A DNA stretch of 64,000 bases from Klebsiella phage 05F01, in the sequence record LC483177.1. One strand, given 5' to 3'. The notes beneath the pieces are model-generated. The model did not search any database, was not told the origin of the DNA, and saw nothing but the letters and a program-made list of their open reading frames with translations. The translations under genes and the position numbers were made by a program. Positions 16,162 to 25,560 of this stretch are shown in pieces (position 1 is the first letter of the stretch; each line of letters starts with the position of its first letter).

Positions 16162-17880
16162 TTAAAGTGAAGTCAAATACTTTTTAACTTCTTTTTCAAC
16201 ATTTTCTCGAATATCTTTCAAGGAAACATCTTTAACCAATACACCATCACGGAAAATAACTTCCAGTTGGTTATCTTTTGTATTGATGTCTTTAAATGAT
16301 AAACCATCTTGTAAGAAATAGCTACCATCTTCTTCATCTTTCAATACTGCAAGGAAGCCTTTTGCAGAACGTTTCTTAGCATCTGTTTTAGGTTCTTTAC
16401 TTACCAGGATTTCTTCGCCATCAATGATAGCACCTGTAGCCTTACATGCAAATCCAAATGTATCACGAGTATTGTAGTTATAAGAGAAACTACCGACACC
16501 GTATACGACATTGTTTGATGCAAACCCTTTACGTTTAAGACGGACACTAATCTCTTTGAATCGTTCTACAGAGATTGAATCACCATAAATCAATCCAATA
16601 TGAGAGTCAAGTTCTTTGTATCCTTTACTATTAACTTTTCCACCAAAAGTCTCCCATAAGCAAGAGATTGCTCCAATAGCTTCATGACGTGGGATTTCAT
16701 AATAAGGGTTAAGGCTACCATTAATCGTCTGTTCTCCAGTAATATCATAATAGGCATCCCTATCTTCTAAATAGATTACTTCTGTTAAGACATCAACACT
16801 AGAACATTGCAAGGTTTCCCAATCCTTAAAACTTTCAACATAATATCCAGCAACCACTTTAACCGGATCGCCACTATCAGGACGAATTACAAGTTTACCA
16901 TCTCGTTCCATAATCTTATCTTTAAGATTAGGTAGGATTTTAGTAACGACTGACCAAAAATCATAGCTGTCAGCTACATATGATGAATTACCTTTAGAGT
17001 AGATCTCAGTTGAATAAGTATCAATGAAATCTGTTTCCGCTAGGAAACGTAGCTGGTCAATGTCATTTTCAAGGTGTGGGAAATGCTCTTTTAGTTTATT
17101 AACAATAACACCAATATTAGTCGTCGCTACAGAGTGTTCAGATGCAGGAATACTACCACCAACAAACTCACCTTCCATATTGTAATAATCATTAGCATAC
17201 TGAATTGCAAGAACGCTATCGGTACCCATGAAACTTGCCAGATGACCAATACCAGTGTGATAACTGTCACGAATCCCAGACAAACCACGTGCAGAAAAGT
17301 CATGACATTGCCAAGGCATATGCAAAGTGTTATCACACGTGATATTAGCATATTTTTCAGCCATCAAACGATACTGGAATGCTGTAGTGGCGTTAGTGAT
17401 TACTTTCCAAGTTTCAGCAGACAGTGCTGTTTCAAAATAGTTAGTTAGCCATGCAAAATCAGGGTGAGTGTTATGAATAGTATAACATGGAACCTGAATA
17501 GGGCAAATTGTTCCTTCTGGCAGAGCACGGATTTCAATAGGAAGGTACCCCAAGTCATGAAGCTTACCAATATGAGTAACATCCATATCAACACCTAGGT
17601 AGCCTTTTACAAAGTTCTTGTATTCATTAACTACTTCTGCACGGTCACGATCAAAGAACCCTTCATTCCAAAGATCGATAATGAAGTTTTTAACAACACC
17701 CTGGATACCAACAAACAATACACCACGTGGAGCATCATCTGCATAGTGCTTGAAAAGCTTATCTGCTCGTGGGGTGAAGTTACTGAAAATCAACTCTGTC
17801 TTAGGGTGATACTGCTGAATATGTCCAATTTTATACCCATCAGTTGCAAAAAGTGGGTTAATGTTTTTAGTCTTAGTCAT
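16162..17880 (-). CDS. nadV: nicotinamide phosphoribosyltransferase family protein (NadV/Nampt-like, 572 aa); alternatively a Namat-type nicotinamide ADP-ribose transferase
   Basis: N-terminal NPLFATDGYKIGH resembling Nampt NILLATDSYKVTH; family-typical length and class-II PRTase-like features. Confidence 0.8.
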   Translation of the reverse strand: MTKTKNINPLFATDGYKIGHIQQYHPKTELIFSNFTPRADKLFKHYADDAPRGVLFVGIQGVVKNFIIDLWNEGFFDRDRAEVVNEYKNFVKGYLGVDMDVTHIGKLHDLGYLPIEIRALPEGTICPIQVPCYTIHNTHPDFAWLTNYFETALSAETWKVITNATTAFQYRLMAEKYANITCDNTLHMPWQCHDFSARGLSGIRDSYHTGIGHLASFMGTDSVLAIQYANDYYNMEGEFVGGSIPASEHSVATTNIGVIVNKLKEHFPHLENDIDQLRFLAETDFIDTYSTEIYSKGNSSYVADSYDFWSVVTKILPNLKDKIMERDGKLVIRPDSGDPVKVVAGYYVESFKDWETLQCSSVDVLTEVIYLEDRDAYYDITGEQTINGSLNPYYEIPRHEAIGAISCLWETFGGKVNSKGYKELDSHIGLIYGDSISVERFKEISVRLKRKGFASNNVVYGVGSFSYNYNTRDTFGFACKATGAIIDGEEILVSKEPKTDAKKRSAKGFLAVLKDEEDGSYFLQDGLSFKDINTKDNQLEVIFRDGVLVKDVSLKDIRENVEKEVKKYLTSL

Positions 17881-17889
17881 GATTTCTCC

Positions 17890-18099
17890 TTAGTAGATAA
17901 CTTTAGCTTCTATTACACTTACTTCATAATCTTTACACATAGCATAACTTAGGCCAGTTCTTAATGCTATGCAGATAATGTGATTATCTTCTGGATAATC
18001 AGTTTTTATGAGTAGTTCGCCATCAAATTCAAATGTACCACCACATTGTAGGTCATTCAATGTCACACTTTTCTCATTTTTTATTACTTCCATTATCAA
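17890..18099 (-). CDS. small hypothetical protein (69 aa)
   Basis: track ORF between nadV-like and prs-like genes. Confidence 0.4.
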   Translation of the reverse strand: MIMEVIKNEKSVTLNDLQCGGTFEFDGELLIKTDYPEDNHIICIALRTGLSYAMCKDYEVSVIEAKVIY

Positions 18100-18371
18100 T
18101 CTCCATTAACTACATGGTTATGGATAACTAGTGTTACATCCAGAACTTTCCAGATATTACCTGTCTTCACTAAACTTCCTGATAGGTCACCTTGCCAAGT
18201 AGTCGAATCACTATTACTTGAAATACATACACAAGTGCCTTCCTCTGAAGTTTTCATCCATATTGGGGGATTAACTGCATCTTCTTTTGCGTAAATAAAC
18301 AATTCACCTACAGAGATATCCTCAAGAGAAACAAGAATATCATTAACATTAGGTTTAAATTCCAGTTTCAT
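18096..18371 (-). CDS. small hypothetical protein (91 aa)
   Basis: track ORF, ATGA overlap. Confidence 0.4.
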   Translation of the reverse strand: MKLEFKPNVNDILVSLEDISVGELFIYAKEDAVNPPIWMKTSEEGTCVCISSNSDSTTWQGDLSGSLVKTGNIWKVLDVTLVIHNHVVNGD

Positions 18372-18380
18372 TTTATCTCC

Positions 18381-19259
18381 TTAACATAAAATTTGTTTTT
18401 GAACTTCTTTCTGATTTTCTACCAGAACACCTGTAGTGTTGTCAACATTATTTTCCCAAACATTGAAAGAATGAATTTTATCAATGTAAGTTGAAAGAAT
18501 ATCCACTCCTTTAGAGAAGATACCATGAGTGACATACAACTCAACCTTACCAGCATTTCGTTCTTTAAGAACTTTTGCTAGTTCAATGAACGTCCTTCCT
18601 CCATCACAGATATCATCCACGATCATAAGATTCATTCCATCAAAATCCAATACAGGGATATTAGTCTTAATGATTTCACCTGTCAAGGTGTCTCTTACTT
18701 TTTCTGCACAATGAACTTCTACACCAAGACGTTTACCAAGTTTGAAGATTTTCTTAAGAGCACCACCATCAGGACTAACCAGATGGAAAAATTCTTGCTT
18801 AATCTTCCATGCCAACATATGGAATGCAACATCATCTTGTTCAATGACAGTAAGATTGTTAATCACTGCACGTGACACATCACTGTGTGGGTCAACAACA
18901 ATCACTTCATCAAATTTAAGGCTATTTAAAATGTTTGCGAAAGCTTTAACACCAAATGCCTCTCCTGGCTCACAGAATCGATCCTGGCGGGCGTAAGGGA
19001 TATACATCATCCAAAGACACACCTTTACATCTAAACCTCTTACAACCTCATCCAGAGCGTTTTTGACCATAACCAGTTCCATGAGGTCTTGGGAGTTCTT
19101 AACTTCATGATAGACAGAAACGGTTGTGCCAACTCCTACAAGCTTATCTACATCATTCATATCAAGCTTAACATGAACTTCTCCTCCAGAGAAAACAATC
19201 TTCTCACATCTAATTTCTTCTGTTAAATATGTATACTTATTAAAAACTTCAATCTTCAT
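18381..19259 (-). CDS. prs: ribose-phosphate pyrophosphokinase family protein (Prs-like, 292 aa); alternatively an ADP-ribose pyrophosphokinase (Adps-type)
   Basis: motifs SGGEVHVKL, LMELV...IPYARQDR, PRPP-binding loop VDDICDGGRT align to E. coli Prs. Confidence 0.75.
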   Translation of the reverse strand: MKIEVFNKYTYLTEEIRCEKIVFSGGEVHVKLDMNDVDKLVGVGTTVSVYHEVKNSQDLMELVMVKNALDEVVRGLDVKVCLWMMYIPYARQDRFCEPGEAFGVKAFANILNSLKFDEVIVVDPHSDVSRAVINNLTVIEQDDVAFHMLAWKIKQEFFHLVSPDGGALKKIFKLGKRLGVEVHCAEKVRDTLTGEIIKTNIPVLDFDGMNLMIVDDICDGGRTFIELAKVLKERNAGKVELYVTHGIFSKGVDILSTYIDKIHSFNVWENNVDNTTGVLVENQKEVQKQILC

Positions 19260-19449
19260 TTTTTCCTCCTGTAGCTACTGTTGTAAACTCAACACCATCA
19301 TGAATAAGATCATTCACGTAGGTGTTGTAGATTTCACCTTCAATCTCTTCAATAATCTCCCAATGACGAAGAAACTTATTCCAAGTAAGTTCATACTCTA
19401 CACCTTCTTCAAGGTATGTTCCAGCCGAATTTATGATAATAATTTTCAT
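19249..19449 (-). CDS. small hypothetical protein (66 aa)
   Basis: track ORF. Confidence 0.4.
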   Translation of the reverse strand: MKIIIINSAGTYLEEGVEYELTWNKFLRHWEIIEEIEGEIYNTYVNDLIHDGVEFTTVATGGKNED

Positions 19450-19709
19450 TAGTCTACCACCAGTTCTACGTTAATTTTAGGTTTTACTTTCAGTTTAGGT
19501 CCATACCGCTGAATGATCCCACTTTCAAGGCAAACGACAAGGATATCCTCGTTTTCATCCGCAGTTTCATCTGTTACCATAAAAACTTTATCCTTGTATG
19601 TGAATACAACACCTGCTACAAGGTTTCCTAACTCTTCACTACCAGTATCATTGTAAGTTATTTTCATTTCTTTCCTCTCATGTTGTTTGTGTTCAAACAC
19701 TCTACTCAA
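19449..19709 (-). CDS. small hypothetical protein (86 aa), first gene of minus-strand operon
   Basis: track ORF adjacent to divergent promoter region. Confidence 0.4.
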   Translation of the reverse strand: MSRVFEHKQHERKEMKITYNDTGSEELGNLVAGVVFTYKDKVFMVTDETADENEDILVVCLESGIIQRYGPKLKVKPKINVELVVD

Positions 19710-20108
19710 CTTTAAAAACTAAGTCAATAAAATTTTTATAAATAAAAACATAAAATCTTAGTACCACTTAACTAATAGAACTGGTTTGTACGTACAGAGT
19801 ACTACCTAACCAAAAACCATAAAATCAAAACACTAAAAACACTAAATCTTTTATTTTTTATAAATAAAAAACAAAACATTTAGAATATACTAAACTCATA
19901 ACTCACTTCGTTCGTTATTCGTTAAGTATATTAAAAGATCTTTAAAATAACACAAAAAATTTATTTGTCAAGTCTTTTTACAAAAGTTTTTGCATAGTAT
20001 CTAAAAGCTCTTAGAAGTAAGTATAAGAGGTTTTGTTTTTAAGTGATATGATTTATTGTTTAAGTTATTAAAATTGATTGTGGTTGGTCTGGTGCAGGAT
20101 TTAGGCTA

Positions 20109-20137
20109 TTGACATTGTGCAAGCTGTGTAGTAAGAT
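20109..20137 (+). promoter_or_regulatory. sigma70-consensus promoter TTGACA-N17-TAAGAT driving plus-strand early block
   Basis: exact -35 hexamer, 17-bp spacer, -10 TAAGAT, about 15 nt upstream of first plus ORF. Confidence 0.6.
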
Positions 20138-20152
20138 GTTTGCACGTAACCA

Positions 20153-20347
20153 ATGGAGGAAAAGATGACAAACCCAATTTATAAAGTGTTTTTTGATGGA
20201 GTTTTAACCAAGACTACCTTAAGCTATGAAGAAGCTAAAGTGTCATTTAGTGAATGGAAGGATTACATGCAGGCTTATCTCTGCTTTGATAAAGTGGTGC
20301 AGATCAAAAAAGATAATGAACTTCTGATGGAGTATACCCATGAGTGA
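20153..20347 (+). CDS. small hypothetical early protein
   Basis: track ORF; RBS GGAGGA. Confidence 0.45.
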   Translation: MEEKMTNPIYKVFFDGVLTKTTLSYEEAKVSFSEWKDYMQAYLCFDKVVQIKKDNELLMEYTHE

Positions 20348-20564
20348 TAAATTATATTCTTGTATTGGTAAGGGTGGTGTGTATCAGATCATTGATAGTC
20401 CAACACCTGCTGGTAAGAGCAAAACGTATGAAAGTATTATTATTTATAAAGATGTAAATACAGAGATGACTTTCTGGAGATTCAAGTCAGATTTCTATGA
20501 TCGTATGGAGGAAATAAATGGCAAAAACACCGAAGAAGTCATCCGTTCAAAAGAAAGAACCTAA
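20340..20564 (+). CDS. small hypothetical protein
   Basis: track ORF. Confidence 0.4.
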   Translation: MSDKLYSCIGKGGVYQIIDSPTPAGKSKTYESIIIYKDVNTEMTFWRFKSDFYDRMEEINGKNTEEVIRSKERT

Positions 20565-20841
20565 GACATCATCTAAAAGCTCTTCTAAGCCAATTAGAAA
20601 GGAGAAGTTTGATACTGAGGCATTCGTATTCAATACCCCAATAAAACACATAGAAGAGGCTCTTGAGCGCTTAGAGGAGCAAGACAATGATGACATGGCT
20701 GAACCGCTAACTAAAGATCAGATATACTGGTGGGGAATTTGGACATTACAACTACCTGATGCAAAAAAGAGGGGATTAGAGACAGTTCCTACTTGTGCTA
20801 AGGAAAATGCTGTGTTAAAGTTACCTAAGATTAAAAAATGA
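20518..20841 (+). CDS. lysine-rich hypothetical protein (107 aa)
   Basis: track ORF. Confidence 0.4.
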   Translation: MAKTPKKSSVQKKEPKTSSKSSSKPIRKEKFDTEAFVFNTPIKHIEEALERLEEQDNDDMAEPLTKDQIYWWGIWTLQLPDAKKRGLETVPTCAKENAVLKLPKIKK

Positions 20842-20842
20842 G

Positions 20843-21034
20843 GTGATTATGAAACTAGCATATAGAGGTAGTGCAAAGTACATGAAAGGTCTTAATGTTG
20901 TAGATGTTGTTGGGGAACATAAGATTGGTTCAAATTTCACACTATATATTTTTTATGTTGGTGAAGACAGGTACTGTGTTTCTAAAAAATTAGTTGATAA
21001 CAATAAAACTTGGGGGATTTTTAATGAAGATTAA
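20843..21034 (+). CDS. small hypothetical protein
   Basis: track ORF. Confidence 0.4.
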   Translation: MIMKLAYRGSAKYMKGLNVVDVVGEHKIGSNFTLYIFYVGEDRYCVSKKLVDNNKTWGIFNED

Positions 21035-21323
21035 ACTAGTTCAAACTTGTGGTGCTTGCCCTGAACAATATGAAGCATTCATTTACAATAATGAAACACA
21101 AGAGTTTGATGAGATCGGGTACCTCCGTTTAAGACACGGATACTTCTATGCAGAATACCTCCCTACTGGAGACGTGGTTTATGATTCATACCCGCAAGGT
21201 GATGGATGTTTTGAAACAAATGAAAGACAGCACCACTTAGATAATGCATGTGAAGAGTTAATCAATGCACATACAAAAGGTGGAGAATCAAAATACTATT
21301 ACTTAGGTGATTATGATGAGTAA
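21024..21323 (+). CDS. small Cys-containing hypothetical protein (track ORF 20994..21323; start likely MKIKLVQ)
   Basis: track ORF. Confidence 0.4.
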   Translation: MKIKLVQTCGACPEQYEAFIYNNETQEFDEIGYLRLRHGYFYAEYLPTGDVVYDSYPQGDGCFETNERQHHLDNACEELINAHTKGGESKYYYLGDYDE

Positions 21324-21636
21324 ACATATCATTAAATATGACTGGATTAATGGAGTTAAACTTAAACACCATGAAATCATCACATGGTGTGGTGCAGAAC
21401 CTGGTTGGTTGTTCCAAGATGCACAACATGCTATTCTGAGTGTAGAACAAGGAAGTCGTGTTCTGCCATGCAAAGAATGTATGAAATCTATTTTAGAGGT
21501 CTTAATTTCTGGTCTAGGTGGAGATGAAATTAAACCGCTGGAGTATGATGGGACAAATAAACCTGTAACTGCTATGGACCTGATCCTTAAAAAACAGAAA
21601 ACATATGAGGAGTCTAAAAATGAAAAAAGTAACTAA
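21307..21636 (+). CDS. hypothetical protein
   Basis: track ORF. Confidence 0.4.
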   Translation: MIMMSKHIIKYDWINGVKLKHHEIITWCGAEPGWLFQDAQHAILSVEQGSRVLPCKECMKSILEVLISGLGGDEIKPLEYDGTNKPVTAMDLILKKQKTYEESKNEKSN

Positions 21637-21883
21637 TTATGTTTTTGAAGTTGGTGATGTATTTATAGGAACTGACTTTTCTAATGGAAAAGGGGTTTAT
21701 CTTGATAAAGATTTAGGGGCTGTGTGTAGTAATTTAAGTGCCTATGTTATAACTGATACTGGAAGTATTTATGACGATATTGATATGATAGGTAGTGGTA
21801 AAAGCTTTTACATTTCAAGTGACTATTTAACATCCCTTATTGATGATGGTTATCTTAAACATATTGGAGAAGTCTCACTATGA
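21605..21883 (+). CDS. hypothetical protein
   Basis: track ORF. Confidence 0.4.
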   Translation: MRSLKMKKVTNYVFEVGDVFIGTDFSNGKGVYLDKDLGAVCSNLSAYVITDTGSIYDDIDMIGSGKSFYISSDYLTSLIDDGYLKHIGEVSL

Positions 21884-22098
21884 CATGTAGATTCTTTAAT
21901 GGAGCTATAATTTGTTTCAACCCATCTTATAGATTAAGAACTGGTGATGGTGGATATGTCTATATGGATTGGCATCACTATTGTGGTCCCACATTCTATA
22001 AAGATAAAAGGTTAACCAAAGAAGTTGAAGATTGGTGGGAAAATGAATACATATGCAAAGCATTAGATTGGTTTATTCACCGAGGGGAAAGGGCATGA
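21880..22098 (+). CDS. hypothetical protein
   Basis: track ORF. Confidence 0.4.
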   Translation: MTCRFFNGAIICFNPSYRLRTGDGGYVYMDWHHYCGPTFYKDKRLTKEVEDWWENEYICKALDWFIHRGERA

Positions 22099-22448
22099 AA
22101 GTTATTTGGTTGGATGACTTAAGAGATCCAAAAGATTATGGGTATCCTCATGCTATTTGGTTTAAAACTTCACAGGAAATACTTAACTCACATTATCTGA
22201 GTAGTCTGCAAAAAGGGTATCGTTTTGTTGATGAGTGGCATTTTGACAACGACTTAGGTGAAGAATCTTACCAAGATGGTTATGATGTATTCAAAGTACT
22301 TGAAGAACTTCTGGTGTTTGGTAAACCGTGCTTCGGGAATCCCAAAATCTACGTGCATACATCAAATCCTTCTGCTGCTAACAAATTTATGCTTGCAAAA
22401 GATAGCATGGAAAGGTATGGTGTAGAAATTAAGAGAGTCAACTATTAA
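22053..22448 (+). CDS. hypothetical protein (start possibly internal MKVIWLDD)
   Basis: track ORF. Confidence 0.4.
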   Translation: MQSIRLVYSPRGKGMKVIWLDDLRDPKDYGYPHAIWFKTSQEILNSHYLSSLQKGYRFVDEWHFDNDLGEESYQDGYDVFKVLEELLVFGKPCFGNPKIYVHTSNPSAANKFMLAKDSMERYGVEIKRVNY

Positions 22449-22460
22449 CAGGGGGCTGGT

Positions 22461-22742
22461 ATGAGAGAAATAACAACCTGTGGTGGTAAATACAAGACCA
22501 TATTAACAGATGACGGAAAGTTAATTATTGAAAGATATGGTAATGAGTGGAGAAATGAGACTGGTGACGGGTACATTCTATCACTAATACATCGTATAGA
22601 AGAGTTAGAGTCATCAATTAATGGCATAATTAATTGGCCTGAATTAGATGTTTATTCAAGTGCATGGGAGTTTTGTTATTATGATGGTGAAGAAGCTATG
22701 GCTAAGTTAGGGGAGGCTCTAAATGGAGGTAAATGCTCCTAA
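22461..22742 (+). CDS. hypothetical protein
   Basis: track ORF. Confidence 0.4.
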   Translation: MREITTCGGKYKTILTDDGKLIIERYGNEWRNETGDGYILSLIHRIEELESSINGIINWPELDVYSSAWEFCYYDGEEAMAKLGEALNGGKCS

Positions 22743-23082
22743 TATTTGTTACCAACATCTCTATTGGATTCAGGATGAAGAGACTTACGCACAACGTGTC
22801 ATCGTATGTGCTGCCAATAAGTACACTTTGACAAATGGTGAAGAATTGGTTGTTCCTTGCGTGAGACATACTAATCCTGTATTATCCCAACAGATAAAAG
22901 TTCTAATGGATGCTGGTTTGTTGGAGAAAGGTTGGTGTCTTCCCGATGATCAAGGCTTCATTGATCAGTATTATAACTGGTGGAGTCGCGAAGATGCGTA
23001 TATCATCGCAGAAGCAGCGAATCAGATTAACCATGAAAGAAACGGTCATCACCGTGACCTATTTAGTGAGGGATTATATTAA
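22723..23082 (+). CDS. hypothetical protein
   Basis: track ORF. Confidence 0.4.
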   Translation: MEVNAPNICYQHLYWIQDEETYAQRVIVCAANKYTLTNGEELVVPCVRHTNPVLSQQIKVLMDAGLLEKGWCLPDDQGFIDQYYNWWSREDAYIIAEAANQINHERNGHHRDLFSEGLY

Positions 23083-23573
23083 TGAGAGATATTCTTACAG
23101 AACTAGGAGTAAACCACTGTAGTCATAAACTTAAAGATGACTGGTTAGATTACTATGCAACTAATTATGTGCAATGCCGTAAAAGCTTTAGTGAAGCTTT
23201 ATCCCATGTTCAAGAGTTATTTAATGTAAAAGAAGATGAAGTTTTGGCTAAAACATATACAATAAGTTCTTATGATTACACTAACCCAGAGTTTATGTTA
23301 AAATTTTGGAAAGATGTTAATCAGTTCATTAAAGAAAATACATCAGAGGACTGGACTTTTTCTTGTATTACTGTTGAAGATACTGAAAAATTCCTAGATC
23401 AATATGATGATTTTGGTGAAGATTGTAAAGAAATAAGTGTTTATGCTTATGTTAAAAGCTTTGACCAGTTTACATCACAAGAGCAAAAAGATGCGATCAA
23501 TACAATGAGGTATTGTGAGATGAAGCTGAAAGAAGCAAAAGAAAGTTTGGATAACTACAAAAGGGTGAAATAA
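23082..23573 (+). CDS. hypothetical protein (163 aa)
   Basis: track ORF. Confidence 0.45.
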   Translation: MRDILTELGVNHCSHKLKDDWLDYYATNYVQCRKSFSEALSHVQELFNVKEDEVLAKTYTISSYDYTNPEFMLKFWKDVNQFIKENTSEDWTFSCITVEDTEKFLDQYDDFGEDCKEISVYAYVKSFDQFTSQEQKDAINTMRYCEMKLKEAKESLDNYKRVK

Positions 23574-23575
23574 CT

Positions 23576-24115
23576 ATGTATGTAACCTCAGACTTACATT
23601 TCTTTCATAAGAATGTTCTTGATTTTCAGAGTCATACAAGGCCATTTAAAGACATTGATGAAATGAATCAAGCTTATGTAGACCATTGGAATTCTCTCGC
23701 TGTAAAGAGTGTAATTAAAATGTTTCATCTAGGGGACTTTAGTTTTGGCGGTCCTTCCCAAACAGAGGAGGTTGCATCTCAACTTAAAGGTGATATTATA
23801 TTTTTAAAAGGTAACCATGACCGCTTACATACGATTAAAGTACTTGAGAAGTATGGTGAGGTAAAGGACTACCATGAAGAGAAGTACAAGAAACATTTAT
23901 TCTGCATGATGCATTACCCTATCTATGAGTGGAATAAACAACATCATGGATCTTTCATGCTTCATGGACACTGCCACGGAAAAATGGTAGAGTCAGAAGA
24001 ATCTAGGGGAAGGACTATGGATGTTGGTATAGATGTTCATGGAAGATTCTTGCATTTTGACGAGATAATCGACAAACTAACTGAACGTGAAATTGTAACT
24101 GCTTGGGGTAGATAA
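23576..24115 (+). CDS. calcineurin-like metallophosphoesterase
   Basis: motifs DLHFFH, GD, GNHD, HGH typical of the metallophosphatase fold. Confidence 0.65.
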   Translation: MYVTSDLHFFHKNVLDFQSHTRPFKDIDEMNQAYVDHWNSLAVKSVIKMFHLGDFSFGGPSQTEEVASQLKGDIIFLKGNHDRLHTIKVLEKYGEVKDYHEEKYKKHLFCMMHYPIYEWNKQHHGSFMLHGHCHGKMVESEESRGRTMDVGIDVHGRFLHFDEIIDKLTEREIVTAWGR

Positions 24116-24300
24116 TGAAGAAGTTATATGTTGTGATTAAAGATTCACTTCTTGCTTCTTTTCAAGAAGGTGATAAAATTGAGGTTGAATGGGATAGAGA
24201 GGATGAACCATTTATCCGAAGTATTCGTGACTATGATGATGTCGTTGAATTTAATCACTTAGTTTATCACCATGTATTATTTGAAGTTATTAAGGAGTGA
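24115..24300 (+). CDS. small hypothetical protein
   Basis: track ORF. Confidence 0.35.
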   Translation: MKKLYVVIKDSLLASFQEGDKIEVEWDREDEPFIRSIRDYDDVVEFNHLVYHHVLFEVIKE

Positions 24301-24521
24301 TGATGAATCTTTATGTTAGTTTTGGTCAGCAATATAATCTAAGAAACTCCCTAATGAAATTCTCTGGTATGACAGAGGAACAAGTTAGAAAATATATGAT
24401 AGAAGTTTATAAAAATAAATATGCTTTTATCTACAAAGAAGAGGATGCATTAAAACAAATTGATTTCTTTTGTTTATCCGTAGTGTATCCAGGTGAAGAC
24501 TTGTACGAGAGGGTAAATTAA
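24297..24521 (+). CDS. small hypothetical protein
   Basis: track ORF. Confidence 0.35.
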   Translation: MMMNLYVSFGQQYNLRNSLMKFSGMTEEQVRKYMIEVYKNKYAFIYKEEDALKQIDFFCLSVVYPGEDLYERVN

Positions 24522-24522
24522 T

Positions 24523-24774
24523 ATGGCAGGATATCATTTAGATGAAATTAAAAAACGTAGATATGGTAGTTTAGGTAAAATTCAAGAGGAAGTAGAAGAA
24601 ATCTTAGATGCACATCGTCAAGGTAGTCATGTTATGATCCTTGTTGAGCTTTCAGATTTATATGGAGCTATTGAAGGATTTCTTGAAGAAAACTACCCAT
24701 CAATGAAGATGTCTGATCTTAAGAAATTCTCAGATATCACTAAACGTGCTTTTGAAGGTGGGTATAGAAAATGA
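24523..24774 (+). CDS. small hypothetical protein
   Basis: track ORF. Confidence 0.4.
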   Translation: MAGYHLDEIKKRRYGSLGKIQEEVEEILDAHRQGSHVMILVELSDLYGAIEGFLEENYPSMKMSDLKKFSDITKRAFEGGYRK

Positions 24775-25352
24775 ACATTAATTTAGACCTTATAACTAGT
24801 GCTATCTCTTGGTGGGAGGAGATTGATTTCTCAACATGCAGTAGTGTTCCTTATCTGGTAGATCCAGATATCATGGCATTTACATGCCCACCAGGTGTGA
24901 TAGATAAGAGAATGACACATTCAAACGGTAAACAGTATGTTGCATCTGCTGAACAGTCATTCCTTCAGATGGAAAAAGATGGTAATATCCCTTATACAAA
25001 TAACAAAAAGTATATGGCACTGACACCTTGCTATCGTGATGAAGCAGTTTTAGATGAATTCCATTACAACATCTTTCTGAAACTTGAGTTATTTGTTTAT
25101 CATGTAGTTATTGAAGAAGAGGTTGACTATGGGCTTGCTTGTGAGTTACAATCTTTCTTCAACACGTACGGTATGCAAACTGAAATAGTTAGAACTGATA
25201 TTGGATGGGATGTTGAATACAAAGGACTGGAACTAGGTAGTTTTGGTTATAGAGAATCCCCTAAAGGTGTTCTTTATGTTTATGGCACAGGGCTTGCAGA
25301 GCCACGTGCATCAATCGCAATGGCAATGAATGAGGGTGTATATGGCTGCTAG
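24771..25352 (+). CDS. hypothetical protein (193 aa)
   Basis: track ORF. Confidence 0.45.
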   Translation: MNINLDLITSAISWWEEIDFSTCSSVPYLVDPDIMAFTCPPGVIDKRMTHSNGKQYVASAEQSFLQMEKDGNIPYTNNKKYMALTPCYRDEAVLDEFHYNIFLKLELFVYHVVIEEEVDYGLACELQSFFNTYGMQTEIVRTDIGWDVEYKGLELGSFGYRESPKGVLYVYGTGLAEPRASIAMAMNEGVYGC

Positions 25353-25560
25353 TGTATGTTTAATTGGTTTTGGTGGAGAAGCTGCTTTATTTTGTTTTGA
25401 TGATGCAAGTGATTTATTTTCTATTACACAAGAAATTCAATATGAGTATGAAAGAAATCCTTTCCAAGTCAAAGAATTTATGGTTTGTTGCACAACAAAA
25501 TATTATGAAGATAGTATTATTGATGAAGTATCAGAATTACTAGAGGAGATTGGTATTTGA
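25330..25560 (+). CDS. small hypothetical protein
   Basis: track ORF. Confidence 0.35.
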   Translation: MRVYMAASVCLIGFGGEAALFCFDDASDLFSITQEIQYEYERNPFQVKEFMVCCTTKYYEDSIIDEVSELLEEIGI

